From positions 2,420,001 through 2,484,000 of the forward strand of contig CM052818.1 in assembly GCA_028534125.1 (NCBI GenBank): a stretch of DNA of 64,000 nt, read 5' to 3'. The stretch's first letter is position 1; the number at the start of each line of letters is the position of its first letter. The position numbers and the translations under genes were made by a program. Source of the stretch: Lama glama (lineage: Eukaryota). Under the pieces are notes generated by a model. That model was not told the DNA's origin and did not search any database. It worked only from the letters and a program-made list of their open reading frames with translations. Positions 25,213 through 38,352 of this stretch are shown one piece after another.

Positions 25213-26191
25213 AAAAATATGTTTTCTTCCACACTTCAAAACATGATTACAAAAAAGTAAGGTTAGTCCTCATTTCAAAGTAAACAAGAGAAAATATTTT
25301 TTAAATGTTGCAAAGTCAAGGCAAAACTGAAAAAAACAGTATATATTTTTAAAGATGGGATTAAAACCATCTAAAGCACAAGTTCTGAATTCTTTATGCC
25401 ATCTGTCATTTCCCTTCCATCTTAGGTCACACTGTTTCTAAAGTACCAAACATGCTCCATGTATCACTCAGAAGTACGTCAAAGAAATAAGTATCTACTT
25501 TTTGGTCAGTTAGACATCTTTTATGAAGCAAACACTGTCAACTTTGCTATAAAAGCAAACACTGCCAATTTTGCTATAAAACCCTATCTACCATTCTAGG
25601 TAATATATGGTTGACCTAATTATAAAATAATAAGAAAATGTGATTTTAACGGACACATCTGAATTAAACAGAAAAGACAGAGGGCATAGTAAATGTGAAG
25701 AGGATAACAATTTCTTTTAAGGAAAGAAGCCAATCACGGAAGTAAGGAATGATCATTTTCTACTTCTTTCCATATAACACTTATCTGTGTTTTATGGCTG
25801 GAAGGGACTTTAGAAAATACCTGGTTTTACAAATAAAAATTAAAACTGTAAACCAACTTAGCCAAGGTTACAAAGGTAATAAAGGCTAGATGAACTCAAG
25901 TCTAAACTTCCCCATAAGATGATGTTCTTTGCACATACTTCCTTGTGCAAGTTTTATTTCCTTTTAAAACTAGGAGTTCTGAGAAGGGGGAGAGAGAGAG
26001 AGCATCTCTTCCTTCCAATCACAGTGCAGGAGAAAGTATGCTGGTATATCATAATTCTAAGAGACTGATTAATGTTTACAGATGCTTCAGTTCAGAAGCT
26101 GAATTCAAAGTTGCAGACCATAAGAATACATGGTTCAGTACATACATGTTCCCTACAGAATATACAGCTGAAATAGGAGGGATCTTTTTAC

Positions 26192-26326
26192 CTTGTTTTT
26201 ATTATTCATGTGTATGTGGTGATCCACTTTTCCAAACTGGAGTCCAACACAAAGTACACACTGAAGTCCATCTTCTGGTAAGTTATCAAGATGTACAAAT
26301 CGATCGTAAATTTTATCTACATTTGC
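26192..26326 (-). CDS. ZNF638: ZNF638 exon 19, third RRM-like N-half
   Basis: 135 nt, [45 protein letters not shown]. Confidence 0.94.
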
Positions 26327-26821
26327 CTATAGTTTTTTTTTTTTAAGAAACAGCACAGAAAAAGAGAAACAAAGCTGAAGTATCAAACTGTAAAACACAG
26401 ATTAACAATAATGTAATTTTTCAGAGGTCAAGTGATGTCCTATCCCAAGAGTAAGAAAATGATTATATGGGTAAAGACAATGAGGTCTCAGTTTTAGATT
26501 TGAGAATCAGTGAAACAACATACCAAAACAGAAAGAAGTATAATCTTTCTTCTATCAATGTAGTATTCACCCAAAACACTTAATATACTCAGTATTTACC
26601 CAAGCCAGTTAGTATGGCTCCAGTATCTAGAAAATATTTCACATTAGGACTTCTTTACCCTTTCTTATTTTTACCAAGAGAAGACTCATGTGACATCTCC
26701 ATCACCTCAATATTTTACAATTAGTGCTAAGATTTTCCTTAATTCTTAAGAGGTGAACAATAAAATAATCAGTTTCTATCAATCAAACAAGTGTACACAA
26801 GCATTTAAGTGCAAAACTCAC

Positions 26822-26863
26822 CTCTGGGTCATTTTCTCTAATCAAAGTTGTAAATACAGCTTC
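26822..26863 (-). CDS. ZNF638: ZNF638 exon 18
   Basis: 42 nt, EAVFTTLIRENDPE|gtgagt. Confidence 0.92.
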
Positions 26864-28121
26864 CTAGAAAGGCAAATAGAAGAAGACTGAAGGTATAAGC
26901 TCTTTCTCATTTATAAATTTAATTAGTCAAAATTTATAGTAAAATAACCTATATTAAAAAGCATTAAGAACTATTTCATAAAATGAGAAATAAGCAAAAG
27001 TTCTGTTTCTTCCAAAATCCTTCCCTCTTCCTAAACAAGTTATCTAAGTCCCACCCAACCCATGGACCTTAATTCTTCCTAGTCCCCTAAGTACATTTAA
27101 AGACTAATAAGGTCATAGGTACCATTTAGGAGAGAACACTCAAATTCATATACAAGGAAAAGGAGATTTAACTTAGCAGACAGTAAGAGAATTCAAATTA
27201 TAAAACAAAAAGTTTACTAAGTAAAATAGGGGATGAGGAAGAGCAAAAATGTAGGCTGGTAAAAACATCACAGGGTTTTAAGTGTACAGTGATTTGGTGC
27301 TAATTATAAAGAAGCCAAGAGTGACATGAGACTAGGATGTCAAAGCTGGGAGACGCTAGCTAACAGAAGGCTTCAATGTATAGAAAAGGAACTTTATGAG
27401 ACTACAGTTCTTATTTTTTTTTTCTCTTTGACAGTAGTACTGACATATATAGAACAACCTTAGCAATTACATCCCATTAGAGTGATTCTCAGTGGAGGGC
27501 TTTTCCAAGATGCATGCATTTCCACCTTCCTGTAGAGATTCTAATATCTCCACACAGAAACAATGCAGTTTCTAAATCAGTTAAATTTGATTAGGTTCAA
27601 ATTTTATGCAGGCTCATACTTTGTGAAAAGGGCTCTGAAGGAGACATAATTGAAGGTAGAAGATACAAAGAGTAACTATTTTAGTTAAGAGTTTTTAAGA
27701 GGTGAAGCAATGGTGAATGGGATGAAGAGGGAACAAACTCCAGAACTATTGGAGTTAAAACAGACAAGACTAGTGACCAATTGGTTGTGAGAAATGAGAG
27801 GGAAAAATTAAAGATAACCTCTGGAATTCCAGTTTGGATGATGGATAATGGCAGGGAGACAAGAATAGAGTTCTCTACAGGCTGTAGTTCACAATTTTTT
27901 TTCCATTCCAACATACAAGAGGGATTGTATTCCTTCAATATGGAAGTAACTCTCAAACAGTGAGATGGGAGAGTATGGAGAAACAAGAAGATGCTTTCTC
28001 ACTGTTTGAGGAAAAATATGCAACCCAGCGAAGAAAACTAGAAAACATAACAGCCTACAATAAATTTGATTTAGAAATTTAATAATATTCTAGTAAATAT
28101 GATGTTAAGTCTATTATTTAC

Positions 28122-28250
28122 CTCGTCTTTTAAATTCATGTTTTCAGGAGCCATACTTATTGAGAGTTGATTTCCATCCATTGATATTGGGAAGCAGGTA
28201 TAAAATTTTACCATAGAATCTGCAGACTTTCTACTTATTTCTATAAATGC
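28122..28250 (-). CDS. ZNF638: ZNF638 exon 17, RRM2 C-half
   Basis: 129 nt, [21 protein letters not shown]...KDE. Confidence 0.94.
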
Positions 28251-29405
28251 CTTTTAAAATAGAAATTACAAGAATGAAAAAATAAATGTCTTAATTAAGT
28301 CACTTTTTCTTGAAAAAATTTAATACATAAGAGTCAAATGAACTGAAAAACTTAGTAAATATTTTTAAGATAAAAAATGCATTCCTTAGAAAGGTGAGGT
28401 CAATAGACTTAGAACATTACAACCATAACCAAGAAATAATGAATGACTGAACTCATAAGGCAATATTACAGAGAAATAAGAAGGGACATTGTAGTAAATG
28501 ACAGTAAGGAAAATCTTAATTATCTTTATTATTCATCACTGTAGCCTTAGTGCCTAGAGCAGTATCTAGAATGTAGAAGACATTTAGTGAACAGTTACTG
28601 AGTAAATAAACTTAATGATTGACAAAATATGAGAAATATATGAGAAATGAAAGAACCAAAGAAATATGTAATGATTGCCAAGTTATTTTATTTCATTGTT
28701 TACAGTGTAAAACTGTAGTTCCATGCATTTTAATTGTCATACCTGGGTAAGTAAAGAGACTGAACATTCTTCCACATGTCTGATAATTAATGAGGCAGAA
28801 ATATCCCATATTTTTGTTTATAGTTGTAATTAAAAAATGAATTATCTTTGTCAATTGCCAATGTATTAAACTTTCAATATTTTATAGCATGTTTAAACAA
28901 ATCCTTTGTTTACCATTTACACAATTAATTTTTACCTCTATTTTGCTTTATGTTAATTTTAGCTTCACAAATTTTTAAAATGTTTGTATGACTAAATCAG
29001 ATATCTTCCCATCTAACATCTAGAAAAATATTAAATCTCCAAATACTTAATAATTCTACTCAACTCTAAGCAAAATTGGGCATGTAATAATCTAGATTTT
29101 CTGTATTTGGACTTCACATTTATCTATATAGACATCTACTTTGGTATATGATGCAAAGTATGAATTTGAATTATTCATTCCCAGATTCACACAATTTCCC
29201 CCTATTTCAATGTACTGTCACATAAAATTCTTACATTAAAAATGCATTTTTTATTCTTATCTATCACTGAACATTACAAATAATGTGCTTTCTAAAAAAC
29301 AGCTTTACTGAAATATAGTTTACATATCGTAATGTTCACTTGTTTAAGTGTACAATTCATCAGTGTTAAATATATTTACAGAGTTGTGCATGATTCAAAT
29401 AACCT

Positions 29406-29596
29406 TTCTTCTTTTTTTTTTTAAGAGTGAAGGTAGATTTTCTCAGCGAGATGCACACTCCATAGAGAGAGTGCAGGCACATCTCAGAAGTCCAGAGAGG
29501 CCATGAGGCATGGGGGTAGGTGTTCAGTTTAAAGTAAAAGCAGATACACACTCCAAAGAGAGAGTGTGAGCCATCTCAAAAGGCAAAAGGAAGGCC
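29406..29596 (-). mobile_element. Short poly(A)-tailed retro-insertion of LTR-like sequence
   Basis: Poly-T at about 29405-29422; TSD tcaaataa(c/t)ct at 29395 and 29597; internal ~40-bp imperfect direct repeat. Confidence 0.6.
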
Positions 29597-30326
29597 TCAA
29601 ATAATCTACTTTTAACATAAAGTGAAATTGCATTTAACTACTTAAACTCAGTCTCCCCTCTTACTTTGTTTTCTTAAGCACAGTGGCTGGGCTCTCAAAA
29701 ATCTCTACTGATCATCAACTCCTTTCTATTTTAAGAACACTACTTTCCACCACTCACAACAGTGTTGTTTCCTTTATTTAAACTTGCCTGAAATTTCACC
29801 TCCTATAAAATACCTTCCACAAGTTGTTCTATTATTAACCATACATTTTGTTTTGTTTAAAAATTACAAAAGCAATATATACTTACAGAAAACTGAAAAC
29901 ATACACATAAATCTAGGTTGTTCTAAGTTCTAATGACTTCACTAGTCTGAGTCTGAAAATGGTTACTTCTCATTTGAGTACACTGGTCAAACAGCAGAAA
30001 TACTAGTAAGAGTATTCTATAAAATTTTATAAGTTGTTTAAAACTCTGTATTAACAATTAAAGATGCAAAATACCTTCTGTTAAACCAAACGTTTGAGCA
30101 GAACTTTAATGGGGAAATCCATCCTTCCTATCATAAAACTATGTCTGATTGGAATAATGGATTTTTAAAATGAGGGATTATTTGTGTTTTACATTTTAAA
30201 ATGTCTTAGCTTGAGACAGCTTACTTTGAGGTGTTGCTCTTAAACCCTTTCTTCCTAGTTTTGTGAAGCACATTTTTCAAAATGTGCTTGCAGCCACATG
30301 AATTCACAACTATTTTTAACCCTTAC

Positions 30327-30458
30327 CTTTTTATGAGATGATAAAATCAAAATATCCTTTAAGCCACCAAATGGTTTTACTAGGTTGTAAACTTCTTCGA
30401 CAGAATATCCCTTATTAGGCAAATCAGAAATAAGCACCACACACATCTCTTCTGTTTC
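30327..30458 (-). CDS. ZNF638: ZNF638 exon 16, RRM2 N-half
   Basis: 132 nt, [23 protein letters not shown]...SSHKK|gtaagg. Confidence 0.95.
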
Positions 30459-31798
30459 CTTCAAAATAAATTTAAAAGTCGACATTAAAATTGAACTGCT
30501 ATTTAAACACTGCAGATCATGTTAATATTTAAATTGTATTTAATACTAAGTCTGATCAATTCAGAAGGTTGGTCTGAACTACAAGTTAAAAACAAAACAA
30601 AATGCAAATTTCCTCTCTTCAAGCACACAGAATAATTTCAACAATCATACCATCTGTCATCTAGTCAAGGTCTTTGGTTCTTTTGCAACCACTGCTTAAA
30701 AAGAGGTTTAAAAACACAAGTGTGTCAGTATCTAACTACAACTCCTTCCTTTTGTATACTGTTGTCATTCCTGTGCCTTGTGATGCTAACATGTTCAAGG
30801 TCAGAATCTGAGCATATCTTTTTACCTTACTGAGCAAAATAAACCCCCTTTGGGCAATATAAAAGAAGCTTAGTCAGTCTCTTAGAGTCCTCGCTCCATA
30901 ACCCAATCCCCACAATAAAGTAAATACTTTCATTTCTGCCTTCTCTTCTCTCAGATCTATTTTATTCTTCAAGATGACTCTCATTAATGCCAACTGTTCC
31001 TTTAGTGGATGTGAAGGTGATCCCAAGTATACATTAGGCAACTTGTGACTTCTTTTGGGAAGGAAAAGGGTGGGAAATTATAATTTTCATAAGTCAGCTG
31101 AGAATGATTTTTAACTAGCATATCAATTGTATTCACAAATGGTTCCTTCTAAAGTGCTTTAAGTAAACCTAAAATATTCTATTGATGCTTTAAAATATTC
31201 TTCCTAAAAGATAATAGTAAATTAGTTACTACATGAAGAATGGCACAACCAGTCTAAAATAAACTTACCCTTAGCACCTGAAGGATCTCAAGATTTCAAC
31301 CAGTAAAATCTAAATTAATGAAATTTTAATACATTCATGACATATAACCACAAGAAAACAATAAAGTGAACTTCCTGCTCGTAAAATAAAAATGCAAACC
31401 CTACCTGCTACTCTAAAAACACAAAAACAACTGGTATTCTAAATGTTAACATATCTCCCATTTGACTCTGTGGAAAAAAAAAAGATTTCATAAAATCCTA
31501 TTGGTTCTAACATGACAAATTGCTCTACTCAAAAACCTAACTGGCCTAACATTTTCTTCTCAGTTAAAAGTAATCTTCAATAACGTGTACATTTATTGAT
31601 AATCTGCACCTAAATTTTTGTGACTTACTCTACAACTCAAGGTTTTTGAACTGAAACTGTATGTATAAAATCACAAATGTCCAGGATGTTTCACTATGCC
31701 AAATCCTGTACATTTTTTACCTGGGTTTATAGTAAGAAAAATATGTTGTGTCAAAATTCCTTAAGCTTTTAAAAAACACATAAAATATAAAAACTGAC

Positions 31799-31836
31799 CT
31801 TAACTGGTTCATTTTCTGTGATCTCCAAAGCAGCAG
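31799..31836 (-). CDS. ZNF638: ZNF638 exon 15
   Basis: 38 nt, AALEITENEPVK|gtcagt. Confidence 0.88.
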
Positions 31837-32218
31837 CTTAAGATAGAAAATAACGTAAGAATTCATGCAGATATATTTTATTTATCAAGATCCCACTTTA
31901 TTCCACAATAGACTAAACAGTAGCTACATGAAAATGTATACAATGGGCAAAAGATTAGAGAATTTAAATAGGAAATAACTACAAAAGTTATACTGGCTTT
32001 ATATAGTACATTTAGTTTTATTTCTTATGAGAACAAAATTTCAGACTAATCAAGAGACAGGGTGAAGATCTGAATCGTAGCATTCTTAATTTCACGTAAA
32101 TATGACCCTGGTATTGAAAAAAAATATACGTGACACAAAATTAAATGTCTTATTTTCTTAAAATTTAATTTTTTACCTTTAAATGTAAGAGAAGAAAATA
32201 AAATTTCTATCAACCTAC

Positions 32219-32287
32219 CTGAAATAGTTTCTTTAGCACCATTTTCAGTGACTTTGACTTCCACACTCGTCTTTATTTCAGAGTTTT
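32219..32287 (-). CDS. ZNF638: ZNF638 exon 14
   Basis: 69 nt, NSEIKTSVEVKVTENGAKETIS, phase 1-1. Confidence 0.92.
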
Positions 32288-32553
32288 CTGCATGAAATAG
32301 TCTACATTAATAGTCTAGAAATACACACTAATAAAATTAAACTAATGAATCTATAAACAGGAAGATTAGCTAGTTTATTTTGTAATTTCAAGTCTTCCAG
32401 GCTGACTTGATTTAAGTCAAAGCTAATACAAGTTTTCCTTTGAAACACAAAACAATCCTTTTGAAGATTTTTAAGCAATGATTTCAAAATATACCTTGAA
32501 TGTATACCAACAGGGTTTAAAGAAAGCACTGAATGACAGCATTTCAAGCTTAC

Positions 32554-32640
32554 CTGGTACAATCACAGGTTTACTGGCGTCTTTGTTTTTGACAATTCCA
32601 GTCTTTTTTACTTCCAGAGACTTCTTTCCACTAGATTTTG
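32554..32640 (-). CDS. ZNF638: ZNF638 exon 13
   Basis: 87 nt, KSSGKKSLEVKKTGIVKNKDASKPVIVP, phase 1-1. Confidence 0.92.
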
Positions 32641-33423
32641 CTTTTAAAAGTAGAATCGAACCATTATTTTAAGGTCTATTCAATCAATTAGCGTGTTTCA
32701 TACTATTAGTAAATGTAGCTTAACTTTATTATAAAAGCAGCTCTTTCCCACATATATATTTCCATTTATTGTCAGTATCTGTTTACCAGTAAGATTAAAA
32801 GTAAATTTAAACTGAAATACAATTTTTGTTGAGAGTCATTAACGATTCACAAATTTAATCCTCATATGGCAAAAGCACATCATAATTTCACAGGAAAAAA
32901 ATCGTAGTTTATAATTTCTACAAAAGGTCTTTAAAATTGCATTAGGCAATTGGAAAAATGTATTAATAAATGGTCATGTTAGTTTCAACATGTTATAGTT
33001 TAGTGTTCCATTTCTTTATTGAGGGTACATTCTTACAACATCGAATGAAAACCTTCTTTAAAGTAACAAGTATCAGAGGAATTGTATAAGCTGGGGAAGG
33101 TAATATGAAGTGACAACTCTAAAATGAGGAAAACAAAGATTAAATAATTTGTAGGAGGGAGTGGCAGAGCAGTCTGTGATTATATAGCTGTCAAAAATGT
33201 TATCTGCAATGGCAGATACTCTCAAAGACCAAAGCATCAAAAAATAAAAGTCTTACGTGTGTCAGGTTTTAAATATCTAAGAAGTATCTACTAAACTTTT
33301 CAAGACGTTATTAGATACTACAAATTATATGAATTTAAAATTTGCTTTTGATATCATATTTATTAATTCTTCTAAGGCAACTTTAGAATAAACAATATAA
33401 TCTCTCCTTTCCAACAGTCTTAC

Positions 33424-33495
33424 CTGTTTTGAGTGAAGCTTTATTACCTTTAGCAGCTACTGTTACCACAGATTTTACAGAACCCGTTGATTTCC
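33424..33495 (-). CDS. ZNF638: ZNF638 exon 12
   Basis: 72 nt, [23 protein letters not shown], phase 1-1. Confidence 0.92.
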
Positions 33496-35339
33496 CTAAA
33501 TCACAAAAGCTTGGTCAAAACTGGTTTATTTAACAAGTATCAACAATCCCCAAAGAACTTCATAAAAAATATTTTAAAGAGCAACAGACTACATATTACT
33601 CAAAACATAAAACGCTGTCATCTTTAGGACACAGGTCATTTGCTAAATTAGAAATGATAGTTTGTTAGGAAGAGAAACATCACTGCCGTAAGAATTCACC
33701 TCTCCATTGAAGTACTTAAAAATAGCCATTCGGGCAAGTTAAATAAATCTCCAAATGTGTGAATGAACTAGAAGCAAAATTACTAACTATAAGAACAGAA
33801 ACAACCCCTTGATGCCTTTAATGGTTCCAAAAGCAGTTATATTTAGGGCCCGCCAGCCCATGCTTCCTTCGCTCCCAGCTGATCAAAAAGCATTTAAGAA
33901 TACTACATCATGGTCAGGCCACATAAAGACTGGTTTTGACTTACTTCTAATGGGCTCTCTCTGAACAGGACTATTTAAGTTGCTCTGACTCTTCTTTGTA
34001 TATGTGCATATATTACTGTTGCTTATAAAGACTATAATCATCTAAGCGTCACTAAAAAGACTGCCAAAGAGCCAAAATCTTTTTCCTTCAGAGAACGACA
34101 GGTTTAGCTCTGAAAATAAGGATTCCCAACAACTAGCAAGGTACTATGAGGGAAAACCCCCGGATAGAAGTCAGTAAATTCAAGTTAAGTTCCAAGTTAA
34201 GTAGTGAAGTCTTGGGAAATTTTACTGATTTCTGTGCACGTCTCCCCGTCTACAAACAAGAGTGGTAATTGTCCTAACAACCTAACATGACTTTTTGTGA
34301 GAATATGATTATGCTTTCAAAAAGTTATCAAACAAATAAAAAGAATTATTGACATCTACAAAAATCAGTTGTTTATAAAACCACCCTTTATATCTAAAGA
34401 CAGATCTTAATTTTTGGTCAAAAAGAGAAAATACCAATCCTTACAGGTTGTCACTTAACTAGTCATTTCTTAGTCATTTCCAAGGTTTGTCACACAGCAG
34501 TAACCTCAGCCCCAGTAAGCACTTAAGGTGTTTCACCACCACAAGCCAATTCACTTTACTATTTGTAACTGAGGACTAGAACTGAAGAAAAACTATCCAG
34601 AATTAATTTCTAACACTTAACGGTTTTAGCACCCGCTCCCCCAAATCTCCACCAATGACTCCCATAAACTTACTATTAAAGTAATAATAAAGTGTTTGCT
34701 AAATAAATCTTCAAAACAAGTTTTCTAGTCACCCCTGACTCCCTCAGATTATTGCTTCTAAGAAACTACTATATGAAAATTACAGATCTGCCATTAACAA
34801 CGGTATCTGCTAGTTCAAGACTGCTCCCTTTCCTTTCTACCTTTATAAGGAAGACAATTTAATACACTGATCTCTATCCACTTAAGAAAATAATTAACCA
34901 GCATTGAGCAGAAATGGGAGGGAAAACAAGGGGATAATGCTAGGAGAAGAAAAAAAACATTAACAATTACTTTGAAACCCACTATAGCCCATAAAAACTG
35001 CAAACAGAATATAATTTGATTTAAGGTTGTTACCTGGACTATTTTATAAAATTAAGCAGAGAGAAGACCTTAATAAAAGAGAAAGAGGGAAATATCTCTC
35101 ATATTCACCATGAGAAATAGTTTTCCAGTTAAATTATTTTGATAATTATTATAAGGAAAGAGCATTATCTACTAAACCCGCTTTCTCAAAACTTCTAGAT
35201 GACTCTAAATTTCAAAGGTTAGTATATACTCAGCACACACTATGTCACGTGTAATCCAAGACTACTGACAAAAACTTCTTAAATAATTTAAAGTTAACTC
35301 ATCTGCTTAGAATCCTAATACACACACAAAAAAAAATAC

Positions 35340-35390
35340 CTGAAGATTTATTCATTTTGGCTGCAGATATCTTGGTTTGTCCAGTTTTAG
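35340..35390 (-). CDS. ZNF638: ZNF638 exon 11
   Basis: 51 nt, KTGQTKISAAKMNKSS, phase 1-1. Confidence 0.9.
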
Positions 35391-35419
35391 CTAAAATAAG
35401 AAAAATATATTAATAATAC

Positions 35420-37800
35420 ATTATAAATAACATCATTTAGACTTTCACTTAGACTTCGAAAAGAGCTAACTTGGCAATAATTTTGGAAAAAACACTGCAA
35501 GAAACATCCTTGTACTCATCTTTGCATGCCCATGGAACTATAACCTATACATAAATTCTTAGACATGGACTTGCTGAGACAAAAGGATAGATTTAAATTT
35601 TAACAATTAAAATTAAATTGCCCTCCAACAAGGTTGTACAAATTAATGTTGTCATCAATAGTACGTAAGACTGTGACTTCCCCATTTTCACACACAGTAT
35701 GTGAGAAAAGTTATTAATCACTCCAATCTGAGATGGAAACTAGTATGATTTAATCTTTTCTTTAATTTTAAGTAAAATTATGTCAATTTTTATATGTGTA
35801 GTTCATCTCTATTTCTTTGTGATCTGCCTATTCTTAATATTTGCTAATTTATCTTTTGGGTTGTTGAGGTTTTTACATATTAAGAAAGTTAGCCTGTATT
35901 ACAGAGGTAACAATTTTTAAGAAAACAGTTATGCAAAAATACTTATACAAATATACTTTTCCTGTAGTCAATGTCTTCCTGATAGGGGAGGGCTTTCTCA
36001 TTGTGAAATTAAAAATAAACCAAAAAACCCTCCACATTTTCTTTCAACACTTTAAATTACCATCTATGTATCACATTAAATCTTTGATCTTGCTAATTTA
36101 TTCTGATATTACAAGTGCATTACCTTTACAAAGAGGCTAGTCAGTTTAATGAATAATTAATCTTTTCCCTGCTAATATGAAATATTACCATAATGATTTG
36201 CTGATATTCCACGTTTGGAGGAATATCTAGAATCTCTTCTGTTTTACTGATCTTTTGTCTATTTATGCAGCTGTTTGATACTATATAAATATTTAACTTT
36301 GTAATATATTTTAGTATCTCTCAGTACTAGTCTGTCCTAATTACTCTTCCTTTGCAGAATTTTCCTGTCTACTCTGTGTATAAACTTTATAATCAGCTTA
36401 CAGAGTTTTAAAAAAATCTTACTTTAATTCAGTTGGTTTTTTTACTAGGTTCCTAATATTTATGTTTTAATAAAGAAAAAAGGCATATTATAATAGAGCT
36501 TTTTATCCAATAATGAACTGTTTTCTTATTTAAGCCTTATTTTATGCCTCTTAGTATTTAGGTTTTCTTTTCATAGCTTTTACCTTTCTTATTATTGTAT
36601 ATGGAGTATTTTATTAGTATATAAATGGTTACTCCATTTATCTAATAAAGCAATTAAAACTTTTAAAGTATTTTAGAGAATTAAGATGGATAATTATATT
36701 TAATAGCATTTCAATAGACTCTGTTGCGTTTTCCATCAAATAATGCAAATGATGTTTTATCATACTTTCCATTTTGTATGCCTCTTGCTTGCAGTGTGCT
36801 GGGTAATGGCTACTAGTTTCAGAACAATATTTATGTTAACTCATAGATATGATGAATGGTATCCTTTGTTTTGTTCCCAACCTTAATGGGAACGCTTCTG
36901 CTGTTTTACTCTTAAGCATACGTTGGCTTTTGACTTGATACATGTGTCTGTATGTACATAAATCAAAGTATGTTACACAAACATTCTATCATATTAAGGA
37001 AGTAGTCATCTACTTTTAAGAATTTCGCACTTATTTCTCTATTTAAGATAGTAAACTGAACTGACAAATGTCTTAGTTTTGAACCGTCTTTATATTTCTG
37101 ATATGACCCCCTCTTGGGCATGGTACATTATTCATTTAATGTACTTCCAGATATTATATGCTAAAATTTTACTTAAAAACTTTACATCAAATGAAACTGA
37201 TCTACAGCTTCAATTTACTATGATAGCTTTATCAGCATTTTAAACCATTTCGTTAACTTTTAATTTTGAGATTATTGTAAATTCACATGGCCTTCTAAGA
37301 AATAACAGGGAGAGATCCCATATACACTTTAAGGAGTTTCTTCTAATGGCAATATTTTGCATAACTAAGTAGTATATTGCAAATAGGAAACTGACATTGA
37401 TACAATTTACACTCAAATTTCCCCAGGCTACATATGCTCAATGTATATTTAGTTCTATGAAATTCTATCATCTACGTGAAGATTACTGTGACCACCAGTC
37501 AAGATACAGAACAGTTCCACCACAGGGGTCTTTCCTAGTACTCACTTACAGAGACAGCTACCTCCCTCCCTCCTTCTTCCTCAAGCCCTGACCACCACTG
37601 ATTTGTTCTCTATCTCTTTAGTTTTATCATTTCAAGAATGTTATGTAAATGAAAGCTTACAATACATAAATTTTTTGATTGATTTTTTCAAACAGCATTA
37701 TTTCTCTATAATCCAAGTTGTTACACGTATCAATAATTCATTCCTTTTTAATTGCTGACTGGTAGTAGGTATATACCATGGTTTGTTCATTCATTCACCC
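35420..37800 (-). mobile_element. Old L1 fragments (L1ME/L1MC)
   Basis: Typical antisense L1 motifs, e.g. ttttaattttgagattattgtaaattcacat and ccctgaccaccactgatttgttctctatctct. Confidence 0.6.
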
Positions 37801-38016
37801 ATTCACTCATTCTCACTGAGTCCTTAAATTTATTCCAGAAGAGACTTCATAATTAAACAGTACTAAATACTAATCACAAGCCTAATACAGGAGCCAATGC
37901 AGGTCCCTTCCACTAAAGCACAATAAATAATGTTTTCCTAGCACCATCTTGCAAGAAGTTTCTAGTAAACTGACAAAATATACTCATTTGGAGGAGTATT
38001 AAAAGTAACAACTTAC

Positions 38017-38069
38017 TACCAGAGGCTGAAGTCACAGTTTCAACAGCTTTGGAAGCATCTGTATCTTTT
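38017..38069 (-). CDS. ZNF638: ZNF638 exon 10
   Basis: 53 nt, KDTDASKAVETVTSASG; A|gtaagt (alternative GT 3 nt upstream). Confidence 0.88.
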
Positions 38070-38293
38070 CTATTAAAAGAAGAAAAACTTTAACACAGAA
38101 TGAAATTCTAACTTCTAAAACTTCTAAAGATGCAAAGCTTAAATATAAAAAAGTTTAAAATAGTTCAACTTTAACAATGTCCCATTTAAACTGGAGTCAT
38201 GGCGATAAAAGGTATTAAAAATGTAGTTGTAAAAATTAAAATTTAATTCATATGCATATTCATTCTCACACAGGAAATCATGGATTTACTTAC

Positions 38294-38352
38294 TTTAAAG
38301 TAGATGCAGCTGTTTTCTTTGAATCTGACATCTTTTTCTTCACCTCTTTGTT
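38294..38352 (-). CDS. ZNF638: ZNF638 exon 9
   Basis: 59 nt, NKEVKKKMSDSKKTAASTL; AA|gtaagt. Confidence 0.92.
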
